Shown: piece after piece, positions 1 through 13,760 of the stretch | Layout: the number at the start of each line of letters is the position of its first letter | How positions within the stretch are numbered: the first letter of the stretch is position 1 | Origin: Octopus vulgaris | Taxonomy: Eukaryota | Direction of reading: 5' to 3' | NCBI GenBank assembly: GCA_951406725.2 | Contig: OX597816.1 | Span: 88,722,001 to 88,786,000 of the forward strand | Length of the DNA: 64,000 bases | The notes under the pieces: model-generated | Seen by the model: the letters and a program-made list of their open reading frames with translations, nothing else | Told to the model about the DNA's origin: nothing | Databases searched by the model: none | Program-made: the position numbers and the translations under genes

Positions 1-272
1 TGAAGAAATATCATTGTCATGTTTTAAAATTTATTCACTCACACACAATATCACTCCTTCTCCCCGTTTCTCTCTTGCTTTCTCTCACACACGCATACAC
101 GCATACACGCACACATACAGGCAAAACACACACGTTTACATATATATTTGTGTGTGTGTGTGTTTAATATTTCGATTAGTCAGTTCGAACTACATTGGTA
201 TAGAACACAATATGCGTATGTTTCAGAACAAAGTGAAAGATGAGTAAAGAGTGGTATCTTTTTTTCTTATTG

Positions 273-308
<36 letters not shown>

Positions 309-361
309 ACATACACACACAGTAGAGAGAGCGGTAATAAGAAAAAGAGATGACACAGGGG

Positions 362-395
<34 letters not shown>

Positions 396-480
396 GTATG
401 TTTATATATAGATAGATAGATAGATAGATATATATATATATATATATATATATAGATATATAAATATATATATATGTATA

Positions 481-840
481 TACTCTTACTCTTTTACTCT
501 TTTACTTGTTTCAGTCATTTGACTGCGGCCATGCAGGAGCACCGCCTTTAGTCGAGCAACTCGACCCCGGGACTTATTCTTTTGTAAGTCCAGTACTTAT
601 TCTATCGGTCTCATTTGCCGAACCGCTTAGTGACGGGGACAGAAACACACCAGCATCGGTTGTCAAGCAATGCTAGGAGGACAAAGACAGACACACAAAC
701 ATATACACACACATACATATATATACATATATACGACAGGCTTCTTTCAGTTTCCGTCTACCAAGTCCACTCACAAGGCATTGGTCGGCCCGGGGCTATA
801 GCAGAAGACACTTGCCCAAGATGCCACGCAGTGGGATTGA
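481..840 (-). mobile_element. tRNA-derived SINE with CORE-like central motif (family B), 5'-truncated
   Basis: Minus strand reads TTCAATCCCACTGCGTGGCATCTTGGGCAAGTGTCTT (B-box end plus CORE-like motif) and ends in a (GTAAAAGA)n-like tail; near-identical sequence recurs at 31993-32340 and 38330-38636. Confidence 0.8.
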
Positions 841-924
841 ATTTACGAAAATAAACAAAAGACGAAAGCAGCTGGTGTACAAAAAAACAAATGTATTAGT
901 ATAGCGCTCATGAATAGAAAAAAT

Positions 925-960
925 CTTTTACGTTTCGAGCCTACACTCTTCTACAGAAAG
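925..960 (-). ncRNA. Minimal type-I hammerhead-like ribozyme, CUGUAGA core
   Basis: Minus strand: CUUU-CUGUAGA-A-GAGU GUAG GCUC-GAAACG-UA-AAAG. Stem I is CUUU/AAAG, stem II is 4 bp, and stem III is the palindrome ACGU. A second copy lies at 45975-46010. Confidence 0.6.
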
Positions 961-1108
961 GTACACAGAAAAAAACAAGGAGAGAAACAAGGAGAGAGAA
1001 AAAAAGGATGACAGAATAACACATGTGTGTGCGTTTGTGAGTATCGGTTGAATTAAGTTAAAACATAGTTTGGTTTTCACGTTTTATTTTTATTTTAGTA
1101 ATATAATG

Positions 1109-1255
1109 ATTCCATTGAGCGAACATATAGAAACATGTGGTTAGAAAATGTTTCTAATTTTCCCTTTCCACAAACTACATGACACAAGTGAGGTTGGAAG
1201 AAGATAAAAGAAAAACGATTTATTAAAATGTTCAAACCTGTTCTGAACGGAAATA
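1109..1255 (+). pseudogene. Penelope-like element (PLE) GIY-YIG endonuclease C-terminal relic
   Basis: Translates IPLSEHIETCG*KMFLIFPFHKLHDTSEVGRR*KEKRFIKMFKPVLNG, matching the SEH..C...F.IFPF.K...KE..FI..F.P.LN tail of PLE endonucleases; two stops. Confidence 0.65.
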
Positions 1256-1470
1256 ACAATAATATAACAATTAGTTAATGATGAGGATTAAAAAATATCT
1301 TCAACATATGAATATAAACATATTACTGAATATCGGTACGCCCGGTAAATAATGACGTTTAAGGTGCATGTGGATTGGTCAAATCCGTATTCCAAAAATT
1401 CAGCTTGTTGGAGCGTTCTAAGAGGTACTGCAGTTGTCAAGAACTCAACTGTCAGTTAAATGCATTTTGA

Positions 1471-1508
1471 AATTTGATGATTACTACGAACGTGTGAAAG
1501 CGCTAATT
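1471..1508 (+). ncRNA. Degenerate minimal hammerhead-like motif downstream of PLE relic
   Basis: AAU-UUGAUGA-uuacuacgaacgugu-GAAAGCGCU-A-AUU; palindromic AGCGCU stem III, weak stems I and II; sits where a PLE pseudo-LTR ribozyme is expected. Confidence 0.4.
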
Positions 1509-1622
1509 GAACTTTATGAGCATTACAAAATATTTTTTAACGTTAAAATATAATAAAAACATGAAAACCAAACCATGATATATTATTCTATACACATTCA
1601 CACAAAATCGGTAATGTATATT

Positions 1623-1699
<77 letters not shown>

Positions 1700-1787
1700 A
1701 TGTATGTATGTATGTATGTATGTATATGTATGTATGTATGTATGTACCAACACAGGCAAATCCTGTGATAACCAATGCCTAAGTGCA

Positions 1788-1920
1788 CTGCCTAAATATC
1801 AATCTTAAGAAATTAGGCTTCTCAAAACCAGAAAGGAGAAAGCTGATGCGAAGGCTACCGATCCAATCCACCACTGGAACCGTAAAATTTTGTAAAACTT
1901 TCCAGAAGTTTGTCATTTAA
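1788..1920 (+). pseudogene. C-terminal relic of a putative RLE-type non-LTR retrotransposon
   Basis: Reads CLNINLKKLGFSKPERRKLMRRLPIQSTTGTVKFCKTFQKFVI*, resembling the L..LGF...E...L...L......GT..I tails of restriction-like-endonuclease elements; recognised from memory only. Confidence 0.35.
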
Positions 1921-2131
1921 ATATATATGAGCCTGTCTAAATATGCAACTATATGCATGAGAATACGTACGTAAAACATACAAATTTGCACATACACACA
2001 TACATACCCCGTTGATATTGTTGGAATTCCAATACAGCAGCCATGGATCTAGGTTAGAAAGCGGCTCTCTCTCAATTAACATGAAATCTTGAAATAAACT
2101 AAATGACATATGTACATACAAACGTACGCGT

Positions 2132-2204
<73 letters not shown>

Positions 2205-2412
2205 GACACAGGCGTACATATATACATACATAAATGAATATATACTGGTACATTTTCTTTCAACCTCTAACGTGTGTTAAGCAAAACTTACCTCGGAGAG
2301 TTTTGAGCTGAAATAGCAAATAGTATAGATAACACTATCTAACATTCTAGTCAGGCTGAGAATTTGCGTTGCACATACAAACGCACTCACACATACATAA
2401 ATACATACATTG

Positions 2413-2452
<40 letters not shown>

Positions 2453-2692
2453 GCACACACACGCATACGAACACACACACATTTGTACATAATCGCAGTG
2501 GTATTTCAACAAAATATATAACCACACAAACATTCATTTATATATTTGTTTGTGTGTGTGTGTGTGTATGGAAGTATGTGTGTGTGTGTTTGGTGGTAAC
2601 TGTGTATGTGTGAGTTGGTGTTGGCTTATAAATTAACAGCTCTAGTAATGTACACCTTATCGGTCGCACAGGCGCAGCGTATGTATTTTGTT

Positions 2693-2991
2693 TATAGGCG
2701 AAATTTGCTGCGGGATAGCGTCTGTGGAGGATCCCTAAAGAACGCCGAGTGTTATAGAACAGGTGAATGCCAGGTGAGACAACTCACCTCAGAATGAATA
2801 CATAAATGATAGGTAATGATATTTCATCATTACTGAGCCTAATCAATATCGCGAGCTCCGTTCATCCCGAAATTAATCGAATATCTGATCTGTGACTTAT
2901 GAGAAAAATCTATTGCCTCATTTCTTCTTTTACACTTGTCTTTGCGTAGGGACCTTTCCCAGACGATAGCCCGCAGCAAATCCGGCGTATA
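2693..2991. mobile_element. MITE-like element with ~45-bp imperfect terminal inverted repeats
   Basis: Left end TATAGGCGAAATTTGCTGCGGGATAGCGTCTGTGGAGGATCCCTA matches the reverse complement of the right end TAGGGACCTTTCCCAGACGATAGCCCGCAGCAAATCCGGCGTATA; TA at both ends. Confidence 0.65.
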
Positions 2992-3327
2992 AAGAGAATG
3001 CATACACTATGTATTTGCGATCGATAATGTATACATTTCTAGAGCTGCATTTATTTTATAATTTAATTTTCTTTCACATGTTCTACGCCGCAGCATATCA
3101 GAGAATAGGAGGAGGAATAGTAGGAGGAGGAGAGGGGGAAGAAAAGGTGGAGGAGGAAGACAAGGAAGAAGAAGAAGGGAGATGGGGGGGAGGAGGAGAA
3201 GAAGAAGAAGAAGAAGAAGAAGAAGAAGAAGAAGAAGAAGAAGAAGAAGAAGAAGAAGAAGAAGAAGAAGAAGATGATGATGAAGAAGAAGACAAGGGAT
3301 ATATATATAAATGATTTGACTGACGGC

Positions 3328-3359
<32 letters not shown>

Positions 3360-3629
3360 GTCAGTCATTAAGATTAGGTTCTTCTTGTCGCTTTGAGTTG
3401 TTTTAACTCTTATTCTAAGTAAAACTAGTACTGACTAGCGCCCTCAGTCACTTTCGTGACGTATATACTTCTGCTTTTTGGTAATAAAATTGCGAACATG
3501 CCATCCTTATTATTTTTATATTATTTATTATCATATATATATGCATATATATATATACATATGTATATGCATGTAAGTATGAATATATGTACGTATGCAT
3601 GCATGCTTGTATGTTTGTATGCATATATG

Positions 3630-3663
<34 letters not shown>

Positions 3664-3740
3664 TGTATGTATGAATGTGTGTATGTATATATATATATAA
3701 GCAATAAACCTCTGAGCGAGGTATACACAGTAACTGCACG

Positions 3741-3908
3741 ACATCGTGAAGTATATTTGCCACTTAAATGTGACTAACCCTTAAGGGTGAATGCTACATG
3801 CTACTGTAGCGTGTAGCCCCAGGAGGTGTCCTCCTAGGGCTAGAAGCTACAGTAGCATACACCCTTAAGTGTTAAACACATTTATGTGGCAAATATACTT
3901 CACGATGT
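3741..3908. mobile_element. Foldback/MITE-like palindrome (~168 bp)
   Basis: ACATCGTGAAGTATATTTGCCAC...CTTAAGGGTG...ATGCTACTGTAGC...TAGCCCCAGGAGG-TGT-CCTCCTAGGGCTA...GCTACAGTAGCAT...CACCCTTAAG...GTGGCAAATATACTTCACGATGT; pairs almost end to end with a 3-nt loop. Confidence 0.75.
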
Positions 3909-3923
3909 ATATATATATATGTA

Positions 3924-3958
<35 letters not shown>

Positions 3959-4979
3959 GTATTATGTATGTATGTACGTATGTATGTATGTGCATATGTA
4001 TGACTGTATATATATATATATATATATATTCCGAAATATATATTTACGAAAATATATAATCTCTGATTGCATGTGTGCATGTGTGCATGTATGTGTGCGC
4101 ATTTGTGTGCTTTTGTGTGTGTGTGTGTGTGTGTCTGTATGTGTGTGTATGTGCGTGTGTGTGTTTAAAATCTTATATAATTATTCCAATTAATTTAGAC
4201 TCTCTTTGTTTGACTACAACCAATTCGTATCATGGCAAGAAGAATCCATCCTACATGGATTTAATCTCAATTGTATCTTCATTTTGAAAATATATCTTTC
4301 TTTCTCGCTGAACAAACATGAGAAGGGATGTGCCGGCATGTAAATCGTTTGACACCAAGATACAAAGAATTAACACGGGCAAATGAAGAACCGGAGATAA
4401 AGCGAGAGAAATGCTCGCGTGCCATGGCATTAGCAGCAGAGTGAAGTATGTTAGTAATTCATTTGAACGTGATAAAAGTAATTCCAAGTTTTAATAGAAG
4501 AGATCAATAGATTCATGATTTCATTGTTAGAAAATAATCCTCTTCGGAGATGAAATTCTGAAAAACAAATAACGAAATCTAACTAAATCAACTCCTTAAG
4601 CAATATGAATGAATTATTCTACCGAGTTTATTCAATTGTAAACGCAACATTGTAAGTTAATTTCAGCTCGAATATCCTGTGGCTACATACATAAGACATC
4701 TTCTTGGAGAAATACCGGCACTCACCAACGTTTATTTCAGTGGTTTGCTCCAGTTCAATAGTAAACCATGTCATTCAAATTATATCCGCATAAGGTTTAC
4801 AACTCAGAATTCCGAAGAAAAAGATGTACTGACACGTGAAATTGCTCTCAATCTCCGACCGGATACTATTTACAAATATGGTGCATGTACATATTCAAGC
4901 AATTTGAACCAGCAAGTTTCCAGACAGGAAGCTGCTGATTTCGAAGGTGGAGAAATATCAATCAGGAAGATTAGTTGTA

Positions 4980-5040
<61 letters not shown>

Positions 5041-5137
5041 ACCATACATAAAAATGTTTGTATGTATATATATATATATATATATGTACACAAGTAAATA
5101 GATATAAATATATGATTTGTATTATATAATATGTAAG

Positions 5138-5280
5138 TGCGGAGGGAGACTGTGGAAGGAGTAAACTCAGGAAGACGTCAGACGAAACGGTAAGAAAGGA
5201 TCTTCAAACGTAGGGACACACACCGAGGAAAGCAAGAGGTCGGGGCTTCCGGTGGGTTGCTGTGCTGAATAAATCACGTT
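5138..5280 (+). pseudogene. RTE-clade LINE C-terminal relic
   Basis: Reads ~EGDCGRSKLRKTSDETVRKDLQT*G, similar to the RTE motif EG.R.RGRPRKTW.E.V..DL. Confidence 0.5.
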
Positions 5281-5745
5281 AAACTAAGTCAAATTAAGGT
5301 TGTCTTTCCATTCAGGCATATCCCTTGCATGACGCTTCAGCTGAATGATCCTAACCTTGCGTAATCATAACTGATGGTGCCAAGTAAAATTACCCGTGAC
5401 GGTACTACGTATCAGCACCCGTGCTGGGGCTGCGGGAAAACATCCAGTAAACTCTGTAAATTATAGGGTATTAGGAAGGCATCTAGCCGTAGAAACCATG
5501 CCAAGATTGACACGGAACCTGGACAGCACTTCAACTGGCCAGCTCCTCTCAAACAGTCCAACACACGCCTGCGGACGCCTGGAATACTGATCCCAAATGT
5601 GATCACCGCAAAGTATCAAACTGGTGGCAAACGTGAGGTCTTCAACAGGCGTCTGGTCAAATTTTTATCTGAGATAGCAGATGAACTCACTTTGCATCAG
5701 GGTAGGAGATGAGTAATTAGCGTAGATATCATGTGGTGGGGATAT

Positions 5746-5919
5746 AGAAGAAGAAGAAGAAGAAGAAGAAGAAGGAGAAGAAGGAAGAGGAGGAGAAGAA
5801 GAAGAAGAAGAAGAAGAAGAAGAAGGAGGAGGAGGAGAAGAAGAAGGAGGAGGAGGAGAAGAAGAAGAAGAAGAAGAAGAAGAAGAAGAAGACGACGACG
5901 ACGATGAAGATGATGATGG

Positions 5920-5973
<54 letters not shown>

Positions 5974-6281
5974 CGATGATGATGACGATGACGATGATGA
6001 TGATGATGATGACGATGACGATGACGATGACGATGATGATGATGATGATGATGATGAAGAAGAAGAAGTTAAGTTAAGTTAATGTTTTGGCTCAAAAAGC
6101 AAAAAGTAAGGCCATGTAGGGGGACATGGAGTTATGTACAGGGGTGTTCATGCAAAGTGTTCAGGCCATTTCTGGTCAAGAGTGACTTTGAACCGAGCGG
6201 TCATCGGCATCTTCACTATCTCGTCCGGCAGCTTATTCCACGGATCCGCAACCCGGACGGAGAAAGCCCCTCTCCTTCGAT

Positions 6282-6312
<31 letters not shown>

Positions 6313-6378
6313 AAGAAGAAGAAGAAGAAGAAGAAGAAGAAGAAGAAGAAGAAGAAGAAGAAGAAGAAGAAGAAGAAG
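5746..6378. repeat. Compound (GAA/GGA/GAT/GAC)n microsatellite interrupted by a CR1 fragment
   Basis: Direct reading of trinucleotide runs at 5746-6066 and 6283-6378. Confidence 0.95.
6066..6282 (-). mobile_element. CR1-clade LINE 3' end (5'-truncated) with (TTAAC)n tail
   Basis: Minus strand translates NRRRGAFSVRVADPWNKLPDEIVKMPMTARFKVTLDQKWPEHFA*, the CR1 FS.RV...WN.LP.EVV....FK..LD..W terminus, followed by a short UTR and TTAAC repeats. Confidence 0.85.
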
Positions 6379-6854
6379 GATTTTTATAGTGGTCGGTCAG
6401 TACAGTAATGCCACTGGTGCCAAATTTCGTTTGATGAGTGACAATGTATTTGACTACCAGACGACATTCACCACCTACAAAGTTAAGCAGACAAAAGGAG
6501 AAAAAAATATCAAATTGATAACTCTGACAATTGCTAATTAATAGTCAGGTTAAACGTGATGTGTGTGGTGAGGGAGTAATATGATGTAAAGTAGGTTTGC
6601 ATAAATCACCGATTAGCTAGCAGATATACTCTCTGACCTTAGAGTGTGTAAGTAAGAGATTAAAAAATGATAAAAGAGGGAGAAATTTAATAGGGATGGG
6701 GTCTCATCTAAAAAGTAAAAGCAGAAATTAAGAACTTGGAGTTTAATTGAAGAAGTGGTCAAGAAAATTACAAACTATATTAGTTTTGAATGAATATATA
6801 AGATCTACAAACTAACCAATACGCCGTGAGTCATCATACACGTAAATACACACA

Positions 6855-6954
<100 letters not shown>

Positions 6955-7074
6955 TACACATATATATATATATAAATATCCAAGTATTCAGGTGTAGGAA
7001 CAAAGTTAGCTTCAGGCAAACTGGAGTAAATATAAAAACAACTTTCAAGGACAATAGTGGTTTGTTGTGACGAA

Positions 7075-7300
7075 ATTTTGTGGATTTTCTTTCTTTAATT
7101 GTGTTTGGGCTTTGTTGTTCTCTTCACGTTGATAAATGGGGAAGACTAAAAATTAGGGAGATTTAATTGCTACGAATATATCTATGAATTGTTATTCTGC
7201 TTCTTAAGGTGAGTTGGGTTATCCATTGTAATCTTCGCTGCATCCATAGTAGCTGATGCGATATATTAACGTTTTTTGACGAACACGTGAAGTGGTTTTT
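7075..7300 (-). pseudogene. Penelope-like element GIY-YIG endonuclease relic
   Basis: Minus strand, with frameshifts: HFTCSSKN/LIYRISYYGCSEDYNG*/TQLTLRSRITIHR...FLVFPIYQ, matching FTC.S.NLIY.I.C.GC...YIGQT...LR.R...HR. Confidence 0.65.
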
Positions 7301-8377
7301 GATAGGTCAATATGATAAGCAACAGTTGAATACTAAGGTCGATGTAATCGATTAACCCACTTTTCGAACATTTGAGGTCGAGTGCTTATAGTAAAAAGAT
7401 TATTGGATTCAGTATTAATTATGGAATATATTCCTCTGTTTGTAAGATGGCAGGAGATTATTTCAAAAAAATTATTTTGTTCTTCTAAGAAGTCGATTGA
7501 CTGAATAAAGTAACAACAATAGCATAAATCATGCAGTTTGGACCTCAATTGGTTAAATCGTGCAGTTTGGTCCTACTTAGAGACACAGTCTGAGGAAGTT
7601 CAGTCGTGCCGTTGGTCCCCAAGAATGGAACTCATATTAGGTGACAACTAAATAATTACGCAGCTAGAAAAAATAATTTAGAAAACAGAGGAAAATAATT
7701 TTAAAATAATGAACGAAAACTGAATTACAGCGTCAAAATATGTGTTAAATGAAAATAATAAAGACAGAAACCTAAGAAATAAGATCGGTTAAAATATAGG
7801 ATCAAAACGTATTTCTCAAATCCCGCATACTTGTAAAATGCTATTATAAACTAAACATATGCATATGTGCAATATATAATCCAGAACGTTAAAGAAAATA
7901 TTAATATTAATCCGATCGATATAATCCATTTATTAAGCAAGGAATTATTTAAGCATAATAAAAAATAAAGATAAGAAGGACCGTAACAGAAAAATGCAAA
8001 ATTGAAAAAGAAACAAAATATTTTTGTTAAGAATCGGTACGCCATTAGAAATTTCATGAAACTTAACGAAGAAAGAAATAGCCACATTTTTATAACATAT
8101 GGAGTCTCATAAACAGATGCGCCAGTAGTAAAGAAACAAGTGAAGAGAGAATGTTCAAAGTAAGCTTTGGAGAATTACAAAATATGGAAAATTCTGAAAA
8201 GTAATTTCTCTAAAAACGAAATTAAGGAAGAAATAAAAGATTTTGATAAAACAAAGCTAAAGCCAAATTGGAGATTTATATACGTCTGGCAAAAATATTA
8301 CAAGTTAATTATTCAGGAAAATGATTTTTACCTGTATCCTTCTCTTAGATATAACATTTTCTTGAAATTGCTTTATT

Positions 8378-8550
<173 letters not shown>

Positions 8551-9045
8551 GGTTCTTTTCATTTGTTTCGGATGGAATAGAGGTAAAATATGAAAATGTT
8601 GATTTAGATGCTTCGTGGTGTCGGAATTCATGTCATTATTCTTAGTTCTCATATACTTGGGAAGTATTCTGCGTATATACCTGCATCCATGAACATGGTA
8701 AAAGTTGATTGAATCATATATAAGTTTCCTCATTCAAAAATTAGCTTTCAGCATTTGTCTAGAGAAAATAGTTATTTTAATCCTTTCACCAAGATGATTA
8801 CATTTCTATTAAAAAGCAATTGAATAATAAAAAAAAATTAATAAGGTTTCATTTTTTTGGTTATTTTTCATTACTTCGAAAAAATTCAATAACTGCGCGG
8901 AAAATGTTTTGGGGAACAGTGAAAAGAAGAGTAAGAAAATATGTCGCAGAAAAGCAGAAAATAGAGTTAAAAGGATATGACAGAAAAAAAATTTAGTTAT
9001 CAAATTTTCTTCCCACTCAGAAGACTTACTGGTGGTTTGATATTA

Positions 9046-9108
<63 letters not shown>

Positions 9109-10045
9109 ATATATTTATAAATATATATATACATACATATATTCATATGTATATGTACATGTACAAACATGTATATACATATATACATACATATATACAT
9201 ATATATACATACATATATATAGAGACATATATATATACATATATATACATACATATATATAGAGACATATATATATACATATATATTATATTATATATGA
9301 AATGTAAATCCCTAGCAAACATATAGCAAACTGAGAGTACGAATTCAATATGTTGCCACGTGAAGGAAAGAAAACTATATCGACGTTTCAGACAGTTGTC
9401 TGATTTACCAACACTGAAATACCTTCATTCGTTCTCCCCCCACCCCCGATCTATTTCTCTCTCTCTCTCTCGCTGTCTCTCTTTCACTCAGTCTATCTCT
9501 CTCTCTCCTCGCTCAATTTCTATTTTCTCTCTTTATTTACACGCACACAATATGCATACAAATTTATAGATACATGCACACACACACACAAACACACACA
9601 CACACAACACTCATGCACTCATCCATCTATCTATCTATAACGAGAAAGATATCTAGTCAGGTAAATAGGCAGAGAAAAAGGAGACATATATAGCTAGATA
9701 GATTAAATGATATTTTTTTACATTTTTCATGCATTCCAGACAAGAAATCTATAATTCTAAACGGGGGTAGATTAATAGCTTTTTTTTATTCTTTCTCATA
9801 TATTGGAAAAAAAAACTACCAACAGGAGACTTTAGGATAAGATAGTTAATCTTTTGAAATCATTTAGATTGTTCACTTGTATCATTTTACATGTGGTTAT
9901 ATAGATACACTTACAGGAAGACCCACTCACTTTCATATATACATATGCATGTATGTGCCTTAATCGAACTAGCACAATGTGTATACACACACATATATAT
10001 ATATATATTTAATCTGTACATATATTTGTGTATTTTTTACATATA

Positions 10046-10127
<82 letters not shown>

Positions 10128-12114
10128 TGTATGTATGTATGTATACATATATGTACATATATGTATATGTATGTATATAGATGTATATATTTACTACATC
10201 TATGCATTTTATGCACACATTCACAAATATGTATTTCTTATATTAGTTTACGTGTAAGCATAAAATATATAGAGAAATATAATATTGTATATCTGTACAA
10301 GGGGTACCATATAGACAGCCACGTATATTTATATAAACTTATACATATATGTGTGTGTGTATACATGTATGCACACAAACACACGCACACACACTCATAC
10401 ACGCAAACACACGCACACATTGACACACGGATATATGCAGACAAACTGACTCTCTTCTATGCAGTGCTGGAAAGTAAGCGTAAGTGTGCGTGCTCGGGTA
10501 TGTTTGTGTCCATACATACAAACAATGCACACATATATGTGCGTGTAGGTATATACATACATATAATTTTTTTCATATATGTATATATATATATATATAT
10601 AAATTTATAGGGTGAGAGAGTTGATGTGTATATATACACACACCCTTTTCTGTACGCGAAAATAATCACAAATGTACCAATATTTCCTTTAATTGAGAAC
10701 TTATCATCATCATCTACAAATCAGTTTTTGAAGATAATATAAAGTATATCATACGTACAAGCATGCATACGTTATCGTTTGACCACAAAGGAAATTATCA
10801 TTTTGTCTCTATCTGTGTAAAATTTCATACGGAACATTGACTTTACAGCCACATGCTGTCAATAACAAAGCTGTTGCCGAGTTTGACTTTTCGTTTGTAA
10901 GTGGGAATTTTTTGTGCTTTATCCTCACTTTCTTCAGCCATCAATTTGATATTTATTATTTAACGAAATATCTGTGAACTTTACTAGAGATAAACCTAAC
11001 CTTTTTCTAATTGTTCAAAGTGCTTTCGATTTCAGTCAGAAGCAATTTCCTTTGATTTTTATTTAGCTCTCTCAGCTTCTTATCTATATTATGCAAATTA
11101 CTACTTCTATGTTTCCCGTATCCACTCTCTATTTCAGATAAACAGAGTCACTTTTAATGACAATTCATAGAATCGTTTATCAGAACTATTAATATACTGT
11201 ACGTACGCTTTATTTTCTTGACCTGTGAATGATTTCAATATCGTAGTCAATACCAGTAGAATATAGTTCAGTGTATAAAGGGAAATAACTCATTGCTACA
11301 GCTGTTTGACGATCACAAGAGATTCCCTCAACTGCGAAGATCTTATAGGTTGACGGAAAGGCTGCGGTAAATAATCTGATTTACCTTCTTACACCATTTT
11401 ACCTCTTAATCTAGAAAAAAATATTTATTGCCTGTTGAAAATATTTTACTGCATTACAATGTGCTGGATTCAATCCCATCGGCGTATATTTTATTTTTAT
11501 CCTTACCGGTTACATCAAACAAATGGCTTTTATTGTTGCTGTTATTATTGTGCCTATTATTGTTACTATGAAGCCCCGGTTTGGCTCAGATCAAACTGAT
11601 CTGTGATACAAGACAGTCTAGTTATGATCATTTGGACCTCTTATTGCGTGCAAAGTTTTTGCAATATAATGTATCGTATTTTGAATAGTGTACATTATTT
11701 AAGGGAGATTCGGTTGCTAATTGAAGAAGGTCGGTGTGGGAGAAATTACTGGCTACTTGATAATTAGATTTCGTCAAATATGACCCAATCCCCAAAACAG
11801 ATCTCTGCTCATGGTACTAATTTCTCCCATTTACATTATTATTCTCATTGTCACAGTTCTTCGAGTTGTACTATTTTAATAAGCGTAACAATAGAACGAT
11901 TTATTATTGGAGGAGAGAACTGATCGAATCTTTAGTCCCAAGAAATCACATGGTATTTTCTTTACAGTTATGTTCTGCCACCATCTATGGCTAATGTCAA
12001 TTTCGCTTTCAACCTTTCTGTATCGATAACATAGATTACCAATGTTGTCGGTTGAACCCCCCCCTCAAAATTGCTCTCGTAAATTAAAATAATAATAATA
12101 ATATATAATATATA

Positions 12115-12178
<64 letters not shown>

Positions 12179-13199
12179 TTAATAATAATAATAATAATAA
12201 TAATAAAGGTAATAATAATTTTTACTGTATTTGCTACAACATTACAAAGGGGATACCATGAATACAATGGACTTTAAACAAAGTATTTACACGATCAGTC
12301 TGCGTGAGGAACGGAAAAGTAAAGGTATACAAAATTGAGAAAATTATAAAAATATCAGTATTTATTATATAATTATAAATAATATAATCGAATAAAATTG
12401 ATTAAACAAGATATAATTTAATCAGAAAAATAAACATAAAAATATTTACAGTTTTAGCTCACCCACGATTGGGTCAAGTTAGAACTCTTTACATCTGACT
12501 CTAGTCAACCACAGATCGTATTATTTTACTGTATTGTATTGTATTTCATGTACTCCTAAAATGCCCGTTAACGTTTTCTGCATAGTTGATCTATGAAGCA
12601 ATCCACGCGATTTTAAATATATTACAATAAGCGCCTATTGTTTTATTAGAATTCCAGTGTCCTTGATTGTATACTTGTATTTTGCTACCCAAGTTACTGA
12701 TGCACAAGGAAATAGGTGGGAGTATGCCTAACTATTTCAGTTAGTGTTTTGATTGAGTTTTCAGTGCTGAATGCATAATTATTAGCAAAATAAGTTTTAA
12801 GCATTTCAATCAATAGAGTATATCTCATGGTATTTCTATTACTGAAACTTTCAACTGACGTTTTGTCAGCCACTGGAAAGTTTAAAGCATAGATATATTT
12901 TTCTCTTTACCCACTCTTAAATCAAATTCTCGGGCAACAGACACTATTTGTCTTTATGCAAATCTCCCAGATATATTTTTGCTGGGAACGTTCTCAAATC
13001 TACAATTTTTGTTTGGGTGACTATAGGTGCAGAATAAGATGTTTTAACAGTATGCTATAGGCATTGTCTAATACATTTCTATATTCATAACTTATGATAT
13101 TTGTGTGGCTGTCCGTGGGGTTATTTTTTAAAATATTTACTGCGATTATATCAAATATACTAAAAGACTGATATTAGCAAGTGCTTTAATGTAGTTTGA

Positions 13200-13760
13200 G
13201 GATTATTTGGAGAAAAGAAAGGTCAAATGAAGAACCCGAGGTATCCTGGTAGAGAAATGAATAGATCATTGGCCTTAGGAAATATTTAAGTGACCTGGTC
13301 CAGTGGAAACAGAGTAAATTACAGAACAAAGAAATAAGGGTAAATAGATGTATCAGAGAAGGAAAAAGGAGCTGGAACACCGATGGAAGAACTAAATCAG
13401 AGAATCAAAGCAAAAGTCACCGAAACCAAAAAGACAGTGAACCCAGAAAGTCTATTGATATTCATGAAAGAAAGAGAGAAAAATATAAGTTAAGAGAATT
13501 CTGAGGAAATTTAAGAGAGAATGCTAAATACAATAATAAAGCGCAGTTTATAAAACAAATGATAAATTACATTGAAAATACTGAGGTGCAAAACTATGGC
13601 ACAAACACTATGACAAGTATTTGAAAGAAATTAAAATATTCGTAATGAGGAAAGCATCAGAACTAGAACTACTGTATGATTACAAGCTGAAAGGATTTAC
13701 GGATCTTCATGAAATCAAAGTGACGCAACTAAATGAATGCACAAAGGGGAAAGTGTTAGT
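13200..13760 (+). pseudogene. Highly degraded R4/Dong-like retrotransposon fragment (pre-RT region)
   Basis: Fragments GLRKYLSDLVQWKQ, MEELNQRIKAK and LKGFTDLHE...QLNEC parallel LRADVSVL, KELLKQRIQLK and WLNCLTEVHEHL of the element at 25-29 kb. Confidence 0.55.

Noticed and set aside
3009-3314. Poly-Glu ORF (also the poly-Lys/Arg ORFs at 6082-6541)
   Set aside because: Translations of (GAA)n microsatellites.
4679-5101. Possible host exon (140-aa ORF)
   Set aside because: No recognisable domain or convincing splice sites, and it runs into a CA repeat.
9375-9420. Hammerhead remnant on the minus strand (AGACA/UGUCU-GAAACGUC)
   Set aside because: The 3' half fits, but no recognisable CUGAnGA-type core is present.
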